From the NCBI GenBank assembly GCA_034722955.1, contig JAYEOM010000100.1:1-34920 (forward strand): 34,920 nt of DNA, in the 5' to 3' direction. The notes beneath the pieces are model-generated. The model was given only the letters and a program-made list of their open reading frames with translations. It was not told where the DNA came from and searched no databases. This DNA comes from Campylobacterota bacterium. Its GTDB lineage: Bacteria; Campylobacterota; Campylobacteria; Campylobacterales; Sulfurovaceae. The position numbers and the translations under genes are program-made. Shown here piece after piece: positions 20,183-29,689 of the stretch (its first letter is position 1; each line of letters starts with the position of its first letter).

Positions 20183-23155
20183 ATGAAGATATTATATGTT
20201 AAAAACAGTAGTGAAAGAGCCAAAGCTTTTCAACTGAGAACCACTATCTATGAAGACAATGGAGAGAAGTTTGTCAAAAAAGAGATACTCTGCCCCGAAG
20301 CACTGCCTCACTTGATGAAGATGAGAGAGAGCTACAACAAACTCACAAACTCTATCATAAACCCTCATATAAAACTTGCCAAAATCATAGATGAGACTCC
20401 CAAAAGTTTAACTTTTGAATTTATAGAGGGTATCTCTCTAGAGAAGAGATTTTATGCAGCCAAGCAAGCCGGAGCGGAGGAAGCCAAAAAAGTCATAGAT
20501 AGTTATATACAACTGGTCGATGAAGGTTTCAAGACAAAACCATTTGATAGCAAGGAGTCTTCAGAGTACACTATGAAGATATTTGGTGATATAGAGAGTC
20601 ATCAAATAGAGAAAAACATCACTCTGGAGGGTGCCTCCAATATAGATCTGATTTTTTCAAATATCATCTACAGCGGTAATGAAGTATGTATTATAGATTA
20701 TGAGTGGGTATTTGATCTTCCTATCTCTCTGGACTTTATCTACTTTAGAGCTATAGATCAGCTAGGGGATGATACGCTGACAAAGAGCTACTTTACGACT
20801 CAAGAGATAGCCAGATACAGCAAACAGGAGAGTGCTTTTTTACTGAACTATGTTTTGGATAAAAAGAGTTTTTATCAAACGCAGCACAACTACCTGAAGA
20901 ACCGACTCACCGCATCAAAAGAGATTGATATAAGAGATAGAGAGATAGAGCAGAGGGAGCGACATATCCAAGAGCTTGAAGATATAGCACAATCACTAAG
21001 GATCAAGAACAGAATCAAGCGTCTATACCCTAAAGGGACACTAGATACTCTGCAGAGTATAGCAAAGAACCCTATGCTGATAAAGAAAGCATATTTCCAT
21101 CTCAAACGAGGCAATTTCAAATTTCTTCTATCAAAAGTCAAAGAGAAGTTGAGAAAAACTACTAGATCAAGAGCTGAGGGTGACCTCATCGATCCTGCTG
21201 GATATTTTCAAAAGTTTCATCTCGATGCATATAGCACAAAAGGGTTGACGATAGATATCATCATCCCTGTCTATAATGGATATGAGTTTCTACCTGCTCT
21301 GTTTGATAGCATCAAAGCCAACACCACCTCTGCATATCGCCTCATAGTTGTGAACGATTGCAGTCCTGATGAGAGGGTCAAGCCATATCTGCTAGAGAGA
21401 CTCACAGAACACCCCTCTGCGATATTTATAGACCATGAAGTCAACCTAGGTTTCCTCAAAAGTGTCAATGAAGCTCACACCTATATCTCAAACCACTTTC
21501 TGATACTCAACACTGATACAGAGGTGCCAAAACATTGGATGGAGAGGCTAATGTACCCTATCTTGCATATGGAAAATATCGCCTCTACTACCCCGTTTAC
21601 CAATTCAGGTGAAATTGCAAGTTTCCCAAACTTCATCGCAGACAATAGTATCTTTGAGGATATGACTACAGATGCTCTCGACACTATCTTTCGTGATGTT
21701 AAACCTGATGACTTCTATGAAGAGCTGCCTACAGGTGTAGGCTTCTGTATGGGGGTCAACTATCAGTTGACAGAGGAGATAGGCTTCTTTGCTGAAGAGA
21801 AGTTTGGAAAAGGGTATGGAGAGGAGAACGATTGGTGTCAACGATCCATCGCTCATGGGTATAAAAATCTTCTAGTACCCAATCTCTTCGTCTATCACAA
21901 ACATGGAGGATCATTCTCAGCAGAGGAGAAGCAGCGTCTCCTTGATGAAAACTATGCCAAATTAACAGCGATACACCCCAACTACGCTACTGATGTTCAT
22001 GCCTATATCGACAGAGATCCGCATCGCATCCTGCGTAACCTATTGATCATGGTTGCCTCATCTAGAGATAGAGATGGTCTACACCTCATCATCGATCATG
22101 CTCTAGGAGGTGGTGCCAACCACTACAGAGAGGATTTGGTGAGAGAGTATGCACAAAAAGGCAAAAAAGTTTTACACCTTGTCTATGACTTCTATGCTAA
22201 CTGCTATAGACTCTACTTTGACTATGGTACCTACAAACTATCTTTTATCATAGAGAAGTTTGATGGCTTGAGACTCCTGTTTGAAGAGCTCAGATTTAGA
22301 GAAGTTTTTGTCAATGAACTCGTATCTTTTCAAAATCCAGATGAGATGTTATCACTGATCGAAGATATATCAGATGCCTCAAATAGTGACTTGATCATCC
22401 CTATTCATGACTTCTATCCTATCTGTCCTAGCTATACACTTCTCAATGAGAAGGGACTCTTTTGCGACATACCTTCACTAGATAGATGCAAAATCTGTAT
22501 GCAACACAATGATCTCGAATGGAAGACATTTTTTAATGAGAAAGTTGATATTGAAACTTGGAGAGAATCTTGGCAAAAACTCCTTAACAGATCGACAAAA
22601 ATCCTCTGCTTTTCAGACTCCTCCAGAGATATATTGCTAAAAGCCTATCCGGCGATAGCAGAGAGCAAGATCACTGTTATACCTCACAAAGTAGCACATT
22701 TGGATAGTGTCAAATATGATAAACCTAAAGATGATAGAGAGATCGTTATCGGTATCTTGGGGGCGATCAACTATGCGAAAGGCTCTAGAGTAGTCAAGGA
22801 GCTTGTCAAGACTATAGAGAGTAGAGGTTTGGATATCAAAGTAGTACTCATAGGTGAAATATCAGAGTCTATAATAAGCAGACATTTTCACTCTACCGGA
22901 CGATATGAGAGAGATGACCTGCCCAAGCTGGTAGAGAAGCTTGGTATAGACATATTTCTCATACCATCTATTTGGCCAGAGACCTTCTCCTACACTACAC
23001 AGGAGATCATGTTGATGGAGATGCCTCTGATGGTTTTTGACCTTGGTGCACCTGCTCAGAGAGTAGAAGAGTATGAGAAGGGTATCATCCTAAGGAGGGG
23101 CTCTATAGAGGATATCCTTGACTCTGCAGCACAACTCTCCGCCAAAGGACTATAG
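20183..23155 (+). CDS. Multidomain glycosyltransferase: kinase-like domain, short coiled coil, GT2 and GT-B (GT4-like) domains
   Basis: N-terminal FVKK…FEFIEG…NIDLIFSNII…IIDYEW; charged heptads KEIDIRDREIEQRERHIQELEDIAQSL; GT2 IIIPVYNG, VNDCS, LNTDT, GYGEENDW; GT-B HALGGGA, IHDFY, AKG, PSIWPETFSY. Confidence 0.88.
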   Translation: MKILYVKNSSERAKAFQLRTTIYEDNGEKFVKKEILCPEALPHLMKMRESYNKLTNSIINPHIKLAKIIDETPKSLTFEFIEGISLEKRFYAAKQAGAEEAKKVIDSYIQLVDEGFKTKPFDSKESSEYTMKIFGDIESHQIEKNITLEGASNIDLIFSNIIYSGNEVCIIDYEWVFDLPISLDFIYFRAIDQLGDDTLTKSYFTTQEIARYSKQESAFLLNYVLDKKSFYQTQHNYLKNRLTASKEIDIRDREIEQRERHIQELEDIAQSLRIKNRIKRLYPKGTLDTLQSIAKNPMLIKKAYFHLKRGNFKFLLSKVKEKLRKTTRSRAEGDLIDPAGYFQKFHLDAYSTKGLTIDIIIPVYNGYEFLPALFDSIKANTTSAYRLIVVNDCSPDERVKPYLLERLTEHPSAIFIDHEVNLGFLKSVNEAHTYISNHFLILNTDTEVPKHWMERLMYPILHMENIASTTPFTNSGEIASFPNFIADNSIFEDMTTDALDTIFRDVKPDDFYEELPTGVGFCMGVNYQLTEEIGFFAEEKFGKGYGEENDWCQRSIAHGYKNLLVPNLFVYHKHGGSFSAEEKQRLLDENYAKLTAIHPNYATDVHAYIDRDPHRILRNLLIMVASSRDRDGLHLIIDHALGGGANHYREDLVREYAQKGKKVLHLVYDFYANCYRLYFDYGTYKLSFIIEKFDGLRLLFEELRFREVFVNELVSFQNPDEMLSLIEDISDASNSDLIIPIHDFYPICPSYTLLNEKGLFCDIPSLDRCKICMQHNDLEWKTFFNEKVDIETWRESWQKLLNRSTKILCFSDSSRDILLKAYPAIAESKITVIPHKVAHLDSVKYDKPKDDREIVIGILGAINYAKGSRVVKELVKTIESRGLDIKVVLIGEISESIISRHFHSTGRYERDDLPKLVEKLGIDIFLIPSIWPETFSYTTQEIMLMEMPLMVFDLGAPAQRVEEYEKGIILRRGSIEDILDSAAQLSAKGL

Positions 23156-24242
23156 CTTGAGACTAGATGGGATCGACCTCTTGCGAGGATTGGCAGTAAG
23201 TTTTGTGATCGTTTATCATTTTTTTGCCATACTAGGTCTTCATGGCAATCCCTACTTCCACTATGTACACTCATTTGGACTCTTTGGAGTGTCACTATTT
23301 TTTGTGATAAGTGGCTATCTTATATATCGCTCTGTGTCGGTCAACCTCTCACGATACGATACTAGATCTGGGTTGAAGCACTACACTTACCATCGGCTTT
23401 TTAGGATCCTGCCGGCATACTACTTCAATCTAGCCATTGTACTGCTGATGGCTTCTTTCATCATAGATAGCAACTATCTCTACTCTCTCTCCTTTTTGAA
23501 GCAGATCTTTGTCAATATGACCTTCTTATCCTACTTTATATATCAAGACTCAGGCTTGGGCATCAATGGTGCCTACTGGACACTGAGTATCGAAATGTTA
23601 TGGTATATTGTCGCACCTCTCATGGTGATATTTGTCAAAAGAAATTCTATATTTTTCCTATTGGGACTCCTGAGTTTTCTCTATCTGATTGCACTTGATC
23701 TTAGGCTTTTTGATACACTTTTTCATCTCGACAGAGAGTCTCCGGCTTACATGATCAAGCTCTACTATCTATCGTTTCAGTTACCGGGACAACTCTCATA
23801 CTTTATCGCAGGTATTTTGATCTATAGATATGCAAAAGAGCAGACTTTTTTATCAGGTACGATCAAATATTTTTTAGCTCTGCTGCTTATCATACTGTTT
23901 ATATTCATCTCAAGCAGATATCCTATAAATTTGAGCTTTTTCGCAAATAACCTCTTCATATTGGCCATTGTATCAGCACTCTTTATACTCCTCTACAACT
24001 CCAAACCAAAAGGTGTAGTGTGGATGGAGTGGATAGGTAAAATATCCTATTCACTCTATCTATGGCATTTGCCACTCCTGTTTATCATGAATAAAACTTC
24101 TATATTGACACATATCTCTATGCCTGCGGCTATCACCATCTTTATCATATCTCTTCTATCGATCTCATCTATGAGTTATTATCTGATAGAAGAGGGCGGA
24201 TTTCATCTACGCAAAAAATTTGAAGCCAAAATCAAAAAGTAA
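23118..24242 (+). CDS. Acyltransferase family 3 (OafA-like) O-acyltransferase
   Basis: DLLRGLA…VYH, GVSLFFVISGYLI, RLFRILPAY, WTLSIE, ISYSLYLWH. Confidence 0.9.
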   Translation: MTLQHNSPPKDYSLRLDGIDLLRGLAVSFVIVYHFFAILGLHGNPYFHYVHSFGLFGVSLFFVISGYLIYRSVSVNLSRYDTRSGLKHYTYHRLFRILPAYYFNLAIVLLMASFIIDSNYLYSLSFLKQIFVNMTFLSYFIYQDSGLGINGAYWTLSIEMLWYIVAPLMVIFVKRNSIFFLLGLLSFLYLIALDLRLFDTLFHLDRESPAYMIKLYYLSFQLPGQLSYFIAGILIYRYAKEQTFLSGTIKYFLALLLIILFIFISSRYPINLSFFANNLFILAIVSALFILLYNSKPKGVVWMEWIGKISYSLYLWHLPLLFIMNKTSILTHISMPAAITIFIISLLSISSMSYYLIEEGGFHLRKKFEAKIKK

Positions 24243-24250
24243 CTTATACT

Positions 24251-25279
24251 ATGAAACTGAGACCTTCACAATCACTCCATAATATTCAAATGCTGCGTGC
24301 AGTTGCAGCTATCATGGTGGTGATGCACCATGCCCTTCCCACCTATCAAGCGATGGGTGAGACACTCTCCACTATAGATATAGTATCAAAATGGGGATTT
24401 GCAGGAGTAGATATCTTTTTTGTTATCAGTGGCTTTATCATGGCTTATACCACATTTAACAAAGAGAGGAGTCTGCTCAATGCAAAAACATTTTTCAAAC
24501 ATAGACTCTTTAGGATCTATCTAGGGTATTGGCCTTTTTTCTTTGTCATGTTGGCAGCACTATTTATGGTAAATCCACAAAAACTATCTTCACTCGATAT
24601 AGTTGGCTCTTTTTTTCTAACCAATGTTGATATGTTTCAGTTAGTACTTCCTATATCTTGGTCTCTTAGTTATGAACTATATTTTTACCTGCTTTTTCTA
24701 TTGACATTTTTTTTCAGTATCAAACAACTCTACCTTTTTATACCGATCCTGACTCTTTTTATCGTCTCTATTGTAGTTATTGTATTTTTAAACCATGGGT
24801 CTCCTCAAAGCTTTTTTTGGTCTCCTTTTATTTTGGAGTTTTTTGCCGGTGTACTTCTCTATATGTATAGAGATTCACTGATGAAGTATTGGATAGTACC
24901 TCTTGGTCTGCTGATGATAATCTTTGCATATGGATATGGGATAAGTCACGATACAAAAAATGGTCTATATAGAGTACTTACCTTTGGTACAGGAGCACTA
25001 TTTGTTGTTTTAGTTGCATTGATACTGGAGGAGAAACATCTCTATGTGGCAGGCAGAAAGATGACACTATTGGGTGATGCCTCCTATACACTATACCTCT
25101 CTCATCTTATTATTATTCAACTCTTTTACCATAGCGGGATGAGAGCTTTTTTTACAAGTGACTGCTTTTTGCTACCGCTTATCGGCTGGGCTGTTCTACT
25201 CTCTATCTCTACCCTGTTTAGTATAATTTACTATCAAAAAATTGAAAAACCTATTTACAAAAAGGCTATTAATCTATGA
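24251..25279 (+). CDS. Acyltransferase family 3 (ExoZ/OafA-like) O-acyltransferase
   Basis: IQMLRAVAA…HH, GVDIFFVISGFIM, RLFRIY, WSLSYE, GDASYTLYLSH, IEKP. Confidence 0.9.
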   Translation: MKLRPSQSLHNIQMLRAVAAIMVVMHHALPTYQAMGETLSTIDIVSKWGFAGVDIFFVISGFIMAYTTFNKERSLLNAKTFFKHRLFRIYLGYWPFFFVMLAALFMVNPQKLSSLDIVGSFFLTNVDMFQLVLPISWSLSYELYFYLLFLLTFFFSIKQLYLFIPILTLFIVSIVVIVFLNHGSPQSFFWSPFILEFFAGVLLYMYRDSLMKYWIVPLGLLMIIFAYGYGISHDTKNGLYRVLTFGTGALFVVLVALILEEKHLYVAGRKMTLLGDASYTLYLSHLIIIQLFYHSGMRAFFTSDCFLLPLIGWAVLLSISTLFSIIYYQKIEKPIYKKAINL

Positions 25280-26208
25280 CTACCTCGGTGATCATCCCTA
25301 CATATAACGCACAAGAGTATCTACCCGCACTGCTCGAAAAGCTAAGAGTCCAGACAGCAGCATTTGAACTCATCATAATAGACTCCTCCTCCAAGGATGA
25401 TACTGTCACTATAGCCAAGAGATATACCGACAAGATCATCATCATACCCCAGAGTGAGTTTGACCATGGAGGTACACGAACAGAAGCTGCAAAAACCGCC
25501 TCCGGAGAGATAGTCGTATTTTTAACACAAGATGCTCTACCAGTAGACAACTACGCCATAGAGAGGATCATCAAGGCATTTGAGGATACTCATATCGGTG
25601 CTGCATACGGAAGACAGATACCCTACCCCGATACGACACTTTTTGGAAAACACTTGAGAGGGTTCAACTATCCAGAAACTTCCCACATAAGATCCTATCA
25701 AGATAGAGAGAGATATGGTATGAAGACTGTTTTTCTCTCAGATAGTTTTGCTGCTTATAGAGTCACTTCACTAAAGAAGATCGACTGGATCAAAAATGGT
25801 TTGATCAGCAGTGAAGATAGCTATGCAGGGGCAAAGATGCTACTTGCTGATTACTCTCTAGCTTATGTTTCTGATGCTCAGGTTTACCACTCCCATAGCT
25901 ATTCAGTCATCGAAGAGTTCAAGCGTTATTTTGATATCGGGGTATTTTACAGAAGACAAAAGTGGATACTTGAATCCTTTGGCAAAGCAGAGGGAGAGGG
26001 TGGCAGATATGTCAAATCAGAGTTTCGTTATCTCCTGAAACATAATGCCTACCTCAAAATCCCAGAATTTTTTATCAGAAACGGTATGAAGTATTTAGGC
26101 TACAAACTAGGTCAGCACTATGAAAACCTACCTAAAGGCTTGATCCAAAAGATAAGTATGCACCCTCTATGGTGGAAGAAGCTTGAATCAACCCATTCTA
26201 TTGCATAA
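25276..26208 (+). CDS. GT2 glycosyltransferase, RfbN/WbaN-like rhamnosyltransferase
   Basis: VIIPTYN, IIDSSS.D.T, FDHGGTR, FLTQDA, AYGRQ, SED, HSH, RYFDIG. Sugar specificity is inferred from family resemblance. Confidence 0.8.
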   Translation: MTTSVIIPTYNAQEYLPALLEKLRVQTAAFELIIIDSSSKDDTVTIAKRYTDKIIIIPQSEFDHGGTRTEAAKTASGEIVVFLTQDALPVDNYAIERIIKAFEDTHIGAAYGRQIPYPDTTLFGKHLRGFNYPETSHIRSYQDRERYGMKTVFLSDSFAAYRVTSLKKIDWIKNGLISSEDSYAGAKMLLADYSLAYVSDAQVYHSHSYSVIEEFKRYFDIGVFYRRQKWILESFGKAEGEGGRYVKSEFRYLLKHNAYLKIPEFFIRNGMKYLGYKLGQHYENLPKGLIQKISMHPLWWKKLESTHSIA

Positions 26209-26265
26209 GGCTACCCCAACGAAAAAAATGGGGGGGAGGGATTTCATCAATTTTTAATAAAATTC

Positions 26266-26274
26266 TGTTAAAAT
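26266..26274 (+). promoter_or_regulatory. Extended -10 element (TGTTAAAAT) upstream of the ubiA-like gene
   Basis: TGn-TAAAAT preceded by AT tracts in the intergenic region. Confidence 0.4.
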
Positions 26275-26384
26275 CGGCATAGGATTTTTTAAAAATCGCA
26301 AAAAAAGAAATTTGGAAGTTTTAAAAGTTGTTTTTTGAGGTTCCCTGTATATTTCATCAAAAATTATACATAAGAGAGAATCAT

Positions 26385-27254
26385 TTGACATTATCATCAA
26401 TCATTAAACTCATGCGTCCCCATCAGTACATAAAAAACCTCTTTATCTTCCTCCCACTCTTCTTTGCACTAAAGATCACTGATGCAAGTCTACTTCTTAA
26501 TGCTATCATCGCATTCATAGCCTTTTCCCTCACAGCTTCTGCCATCTACACCCTCAACGACTATCATGACATAGAAGAGGATAGAGAGCATCCAAAGAAG
26601 AGAGACCGCCCACTTGCATCAGGAGCCATCAATAAGTCACAAGCAATCATAATATTGTCAGTATTGTTGGTATCAGGCTTTACTATAATGGTTTCTCTGT
26701 CACTCAAAGCAGCTGGTATCCTTGCTGCTTATGTTGTGATGAATATTGCTTACAGTTTCTACCTGAAACATGTTGCCATACTCGATGTTGTCATCATAGC
26801 CATCGGCTTTGTCTTGCGTCTCTTTATAGGTTCAGCCGTTACAGACACTCCTCTCTCCATGTGGATCGTCATTATGACTTTTCTATTGGCACTCTTCATG
26901 GCACTTGCAAAGAGAAGAGATGATGTACTTATCTATCTTGACACAGGCAGGAAGATGCGTAAGGTCATAGATGGCTACACTCTTCAATTCCTTGATACTG
27001 CAATGGCTATCATGGCATCTGTAGTCATTGTCGCCTATACTATCTATACCACCTCACCTGAAGTAGTAGCCAGAGTACATAGTGAGTATCTCTATCTTAC
27101 GGCTCTCTTCGTTATCTTGGGGATTATGCGATATTTGCAAGTTGCCTTTGTACTGAAAGACAGCAGTTCACCGACAAAGATCGCACTTAAAGACCGCTTC
27201 ATACAGTTGACCCTCATCGGATGGGTACTTACCTTCACTTGGATACTCTACTAA
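26385..27254 (+). CDS. UbiA-family polyprenyl-phosphate phosphoribosyltransferase (DPPR synthase/NoeC-like)
   Basis: MRPHQY.KN, YTLNDYHDIEEDREHP.K..RPLASG, YS..LKH...LDV..IA.GFVLR, KRR. Likely start TTG 26385 (the track uses 26328). Confidence 0.9.
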   Translation: MTLSSIIKLMRPHQYIKNLFIFLPLFFALKITDASLLLNAIIAFIAFSLTASAIYTLNDYHDIEEDREHPKKRDRPLASGAINKSQAIIILSVLLVSGFTIMVSLSLKAAGILAAYVVMNIAYSFYLKHVAILDVVIIAIGFVLRLFIGSAVTDTPLSMWIVIMTFLLALFMALAKRRDDVLIYLDTGRKMRKVIDGYTLQFLDTAMAIMASVVIVAYTIYTTSPEVVARVHSEYLYLTALFVILGIMRYLQVAFVLKDSSSPTKIALKDRFIQLTLIGWVLTFTWILY

Positions 27255-27661
27255 TGTTAGCCATCAAATACACCATCTTCGCAGTGATCTCTACACTCTT
27301 CAACCTATTGTTCCAATATTTTAGCTTTGGACTCTATGAGGGGCTTGGATCACTCTATGTTGCTATGCTCTTTGGAACACTGGCAGGACTGATAGCCAAA
27401 TATATTTTGGATAAGAAGTTTATCTTCTATCATACCCCTAAAGATAAAAAAGATGATGCCAAGAAGTTTGCACTCTATTCACTGATGGGTCTCTTCACTA
27501 CCATCATCTTCTGGGGGACAGAGATAGCATTTGATACTCTCTCCCAAGATCCCAATGCCAAATACCTGGGTGCTGTGGTCGGCTTAAGTATCGGCTATGT
27601 CATCAAATACTTTTTAGATAAGAGGTTTGTATTTATCCACAAGGAGGAAGTAGCACTATGA
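27254..27661 (+). CDS. GtrA-family lipid-linked sugar flippase
   Basis: About 135 aa with 4 TM and duplicated KY.LDK.F.F; TAATG coupling to the upstream gene gives ATG 27254. Confidence 0.85.
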   Translation: MLAIKYTIFAVISTLFNLLFQYFSFGLYEGLGSLYVAMLFGTLAGLIAKYILDKKFIFYHTPKDKKDDAKKFALYSLMGLFTTIIFWGTEIAFDTLSQDPNAKYLGAVVGLSIGYVIKYFLDKRFVFIHKEEVAL

Positions 27662-28956
27662 GTCTTATGAGTTGGGGAATGTATCCCAAGGTAAAAAACA
27701 CTGTCTTCAAATTTAATAAAGAAGAGACACTCAAAGAGATCATCAATGAACAAGATGAACTCATTCCTTACGGCAACGGCAGAAGCTACGGTGACAGTGC
27801 CTTAAGTAGCAATATCATCAATGTCAAACCCAAAGACTACTTCATTAACTTCGATGAAGAGAGTGGACTGTTGCACATACAAGCAGGCGTACTGCTTTCA
27901 GAGATACTCGAAGCCTATGTCCCAAGAGGCTGGTTTCTCAAAGTCACACCAGGCACCAAACTAATTACTATAGGTGGTGCAATCGCTTCAGACATACACG
28001 GCAAAAACCATCATGTCGAAGGATGCTTCTCTGAGTGTCTCAAAGAGTTTGAAATTATGCTCGCTGATGGTGAAGTCATTACTTGTTCCAAAAAAACTAC
28101 TCCTGAACTCTTCAAAGCTACCTGTGGTGGTATGGGACTCACAGGTGTCATCCTCACTGCCAAGATATATCTAAAGAAGATCAACTCCCAATATGTAGAC
28201 CAAACCACCATCAAGACCAAAAACCTCAAAGAGACCTTTGAAGCCTTTGAAGAGTACCAAGACAAACCATACTCTGTTGCTTGGATAGACTGTCTGGCTA
28301 AAGGCGATGAAACAGGCAAGTGTCTCTTAATGGTCGGTGACTTCAGAGATGATGGCAACTTAAAGTATAAAACCAAGAAACAAAAGAGCATTCCTTTTAA
28401 CTTTCCAAGTTTTGCACTAAACAACTGGAGTGTCAGAGCATTTAACTGGCTCTACTACGGAAAGGTCAAAGAGAGAATCACAAAGCAGAGAGTCGATATA
28501 GATACCTTCTTCTACCCCTTAGATGCTATAGGTCACTGGAACCGTATCTATGGGAAGAACGGCTTTACACAGTATCAGTTCATCTTGCCTAAAGAGAGTA
28601 GCTACGAAGGCCTAGAAGAGATCTTGACTGCCATCTCGAAGTCGGGCAAGGGTTCTTTCCTTGCAGTGCTTAAACTCTACGGTAAAGCCAATGAGAACTG
28701 GCTCTCATTTCCCATAGAGGGCTACTCTCTTGCACTAGACTTCAAGATAGAGAAAGGTCTATTTGATCTGCTTGATCAACTCGATGATATTGTAGTTAAA
28801 CATCAAGGTCGCATCTATCTCACTAAAGATGTCAGAGTAAGTAGAGAGACCTTTGAAAAGGGTTACCCACAGATAGAGACCTTTAGACAATTTAGAAAAG
28901 AGAACAAAATGGACAGTAAGTTCCAATCACTGCAATCAAAAAGAGTAGGAGTATAA
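27658..28956 (+). CDS. FAD-linked oxidoreductase, DprE1-like (polyprenyl-P-ribose 2'-oxidase)
   Basis: GNGRSYGD, VTPGTK.ITIGGAIASDIHGKNHH, GGMGLTG, YSVAWID, FFYPLD, YG..GF.QYQ, SFLAVLK, GRIYL.KD. Confidence 0.9.
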   Translation: MSLMSWGMYPKVKNTVFKFNKEETLKEIINEQDELIPYGNGRSYGDSALSSNIINVKPKDYFINFDEESGLLHIQAGVLLSEILEAYVPRGWFLKVTPGTKLITIGGAIASDIHGKNHHVEGCFSECLKEFEIMLADGEVITCSKKTTPELFKATCGGMGLTGVILTAKIYLKKINSQYVDQTTIKTKNLKETFEAFEEYQDKPYSVAWIDCLAKGDETGKCLLMVGDFRDDGNLKYKTKKQKSIPFNFPSFALNNWSVRAFNWLYYGKVKERITKQRVDIDTFFYPLDAIGHWNRIYGKNGFTQYQFILPKESSYEGLEEILTAISKSGKGSFLAVLKLYGKANENWLSFPIEGYSLALDFKIEKGLFDLLDQLDDIVVKHQGRIYLTKDVRVSRETFEKGYPQIETFRQFRKENKMDSKFQSLQSKRVGV

Positions 28957-28957
28957 T

Positions 28958-29689
28958 ATGAGTTATGTATTAATCATCGGTGCCAAGAGTGACATCGCTA
29001 AAGCAACAGCAAGAGAGTATGCAAAAAACGGTTATGACCTTTACCTTGCAGCTAGAGATGTGAATGAACTAGAAGAGTTTGCCAAAGATGTTATCACCAG
29101 AACACAAAAGAGAGTCAATCTGGTCGAACTTGACATCTTGGATTATGAGAGCCATCAAGCATTTTATGATCACTTAGATGAGAAACCTCTTGGTGTTATC
29201 TCTGCTATTGGGTATCTTGGAGATCAGGAGAAAGCACAGTCAGACTTTGATGAGGCACAGCAAATTATGAATACTAACTATATTGGTGTAGTGAGTCTCT
29301 TTAATATCATTGCTGATGACTTTGAAAAGAGACGAAGTGGTTTTATGGTGGGGATCTCGTCTGTTGCTGGTGATCGCGGGAGAAAGAGTAATTATATCTA
29401 TGGTTCAGCCAAGGCAGCATTGACTGCATATCTCTCTGGGCTTAGAAATAGACTTTATGAGGCACAAGTACATGTGTTAACTGTTAAGCCTGGATTTGTA
29501 GCTACAAAGATGACGGAAGATATGGATCTGCCTGAGAAGTTGACGGCTCAGCCTGAAGCAGTGGCGGAAGATATTTATAGAGCTCAGCAGAAGGGTAAGA
29601 GTGTACTTTATACGAAGTGGATTTGGAAGTGGGTGATGATGGCGATTAAGATGATTCCTGAGTGGAAGTTTAAGGGGATGAGTATATAA
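28958..29689 (+). CDS. Short-chain dehydrogenase, DprE2-like (2'-keto reductase)
   Basis: IIGAKSDIA, ISSVAGDRGR.SNY.YGSAKA, VKPGFV.TKMT; follows the DprE1-like gene. Confidence 0.88.
   Translation: MSYVLIIGAKSDIAKATAREYAKNGYDLYLAARDVNELEEFAKDVITRTQKRVNLVELDILDYESHQAFYDHLDEKPLGVISAIGYLGDQEKAQSDFDEAQQIMNTNYIGVVSLFNIIADDFEKRRSGFMVGISSVAGDRGRKSNYIYGSAKAALTAYLSGLRNRLYEAQVHVLTVKPGFVATKMTEDMDLPEKLTAQPEAVAEDIYRAQQKGKSVLYTKWIWKWVMMAIKMIPEWKFKGMSI

Noticed and set aside
26230..26236. G7 tract as a phase-variation switch for the arabinose cassette
   Set aside because: Short, intergenic and within a homopolymer-rich stretch that may contain sequencing noise; there is no evidence of variability.
9256..27254. 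Nod-factor-like synthesis (NodU-like carbamoyltransferase, methyltransferase, NoeC-like gene, ABC exporter)
   Set aside because: No nodA/B/C; the exporter is Wzm/Wzt type, so the resemblance reflects shared glycan-decorating families.
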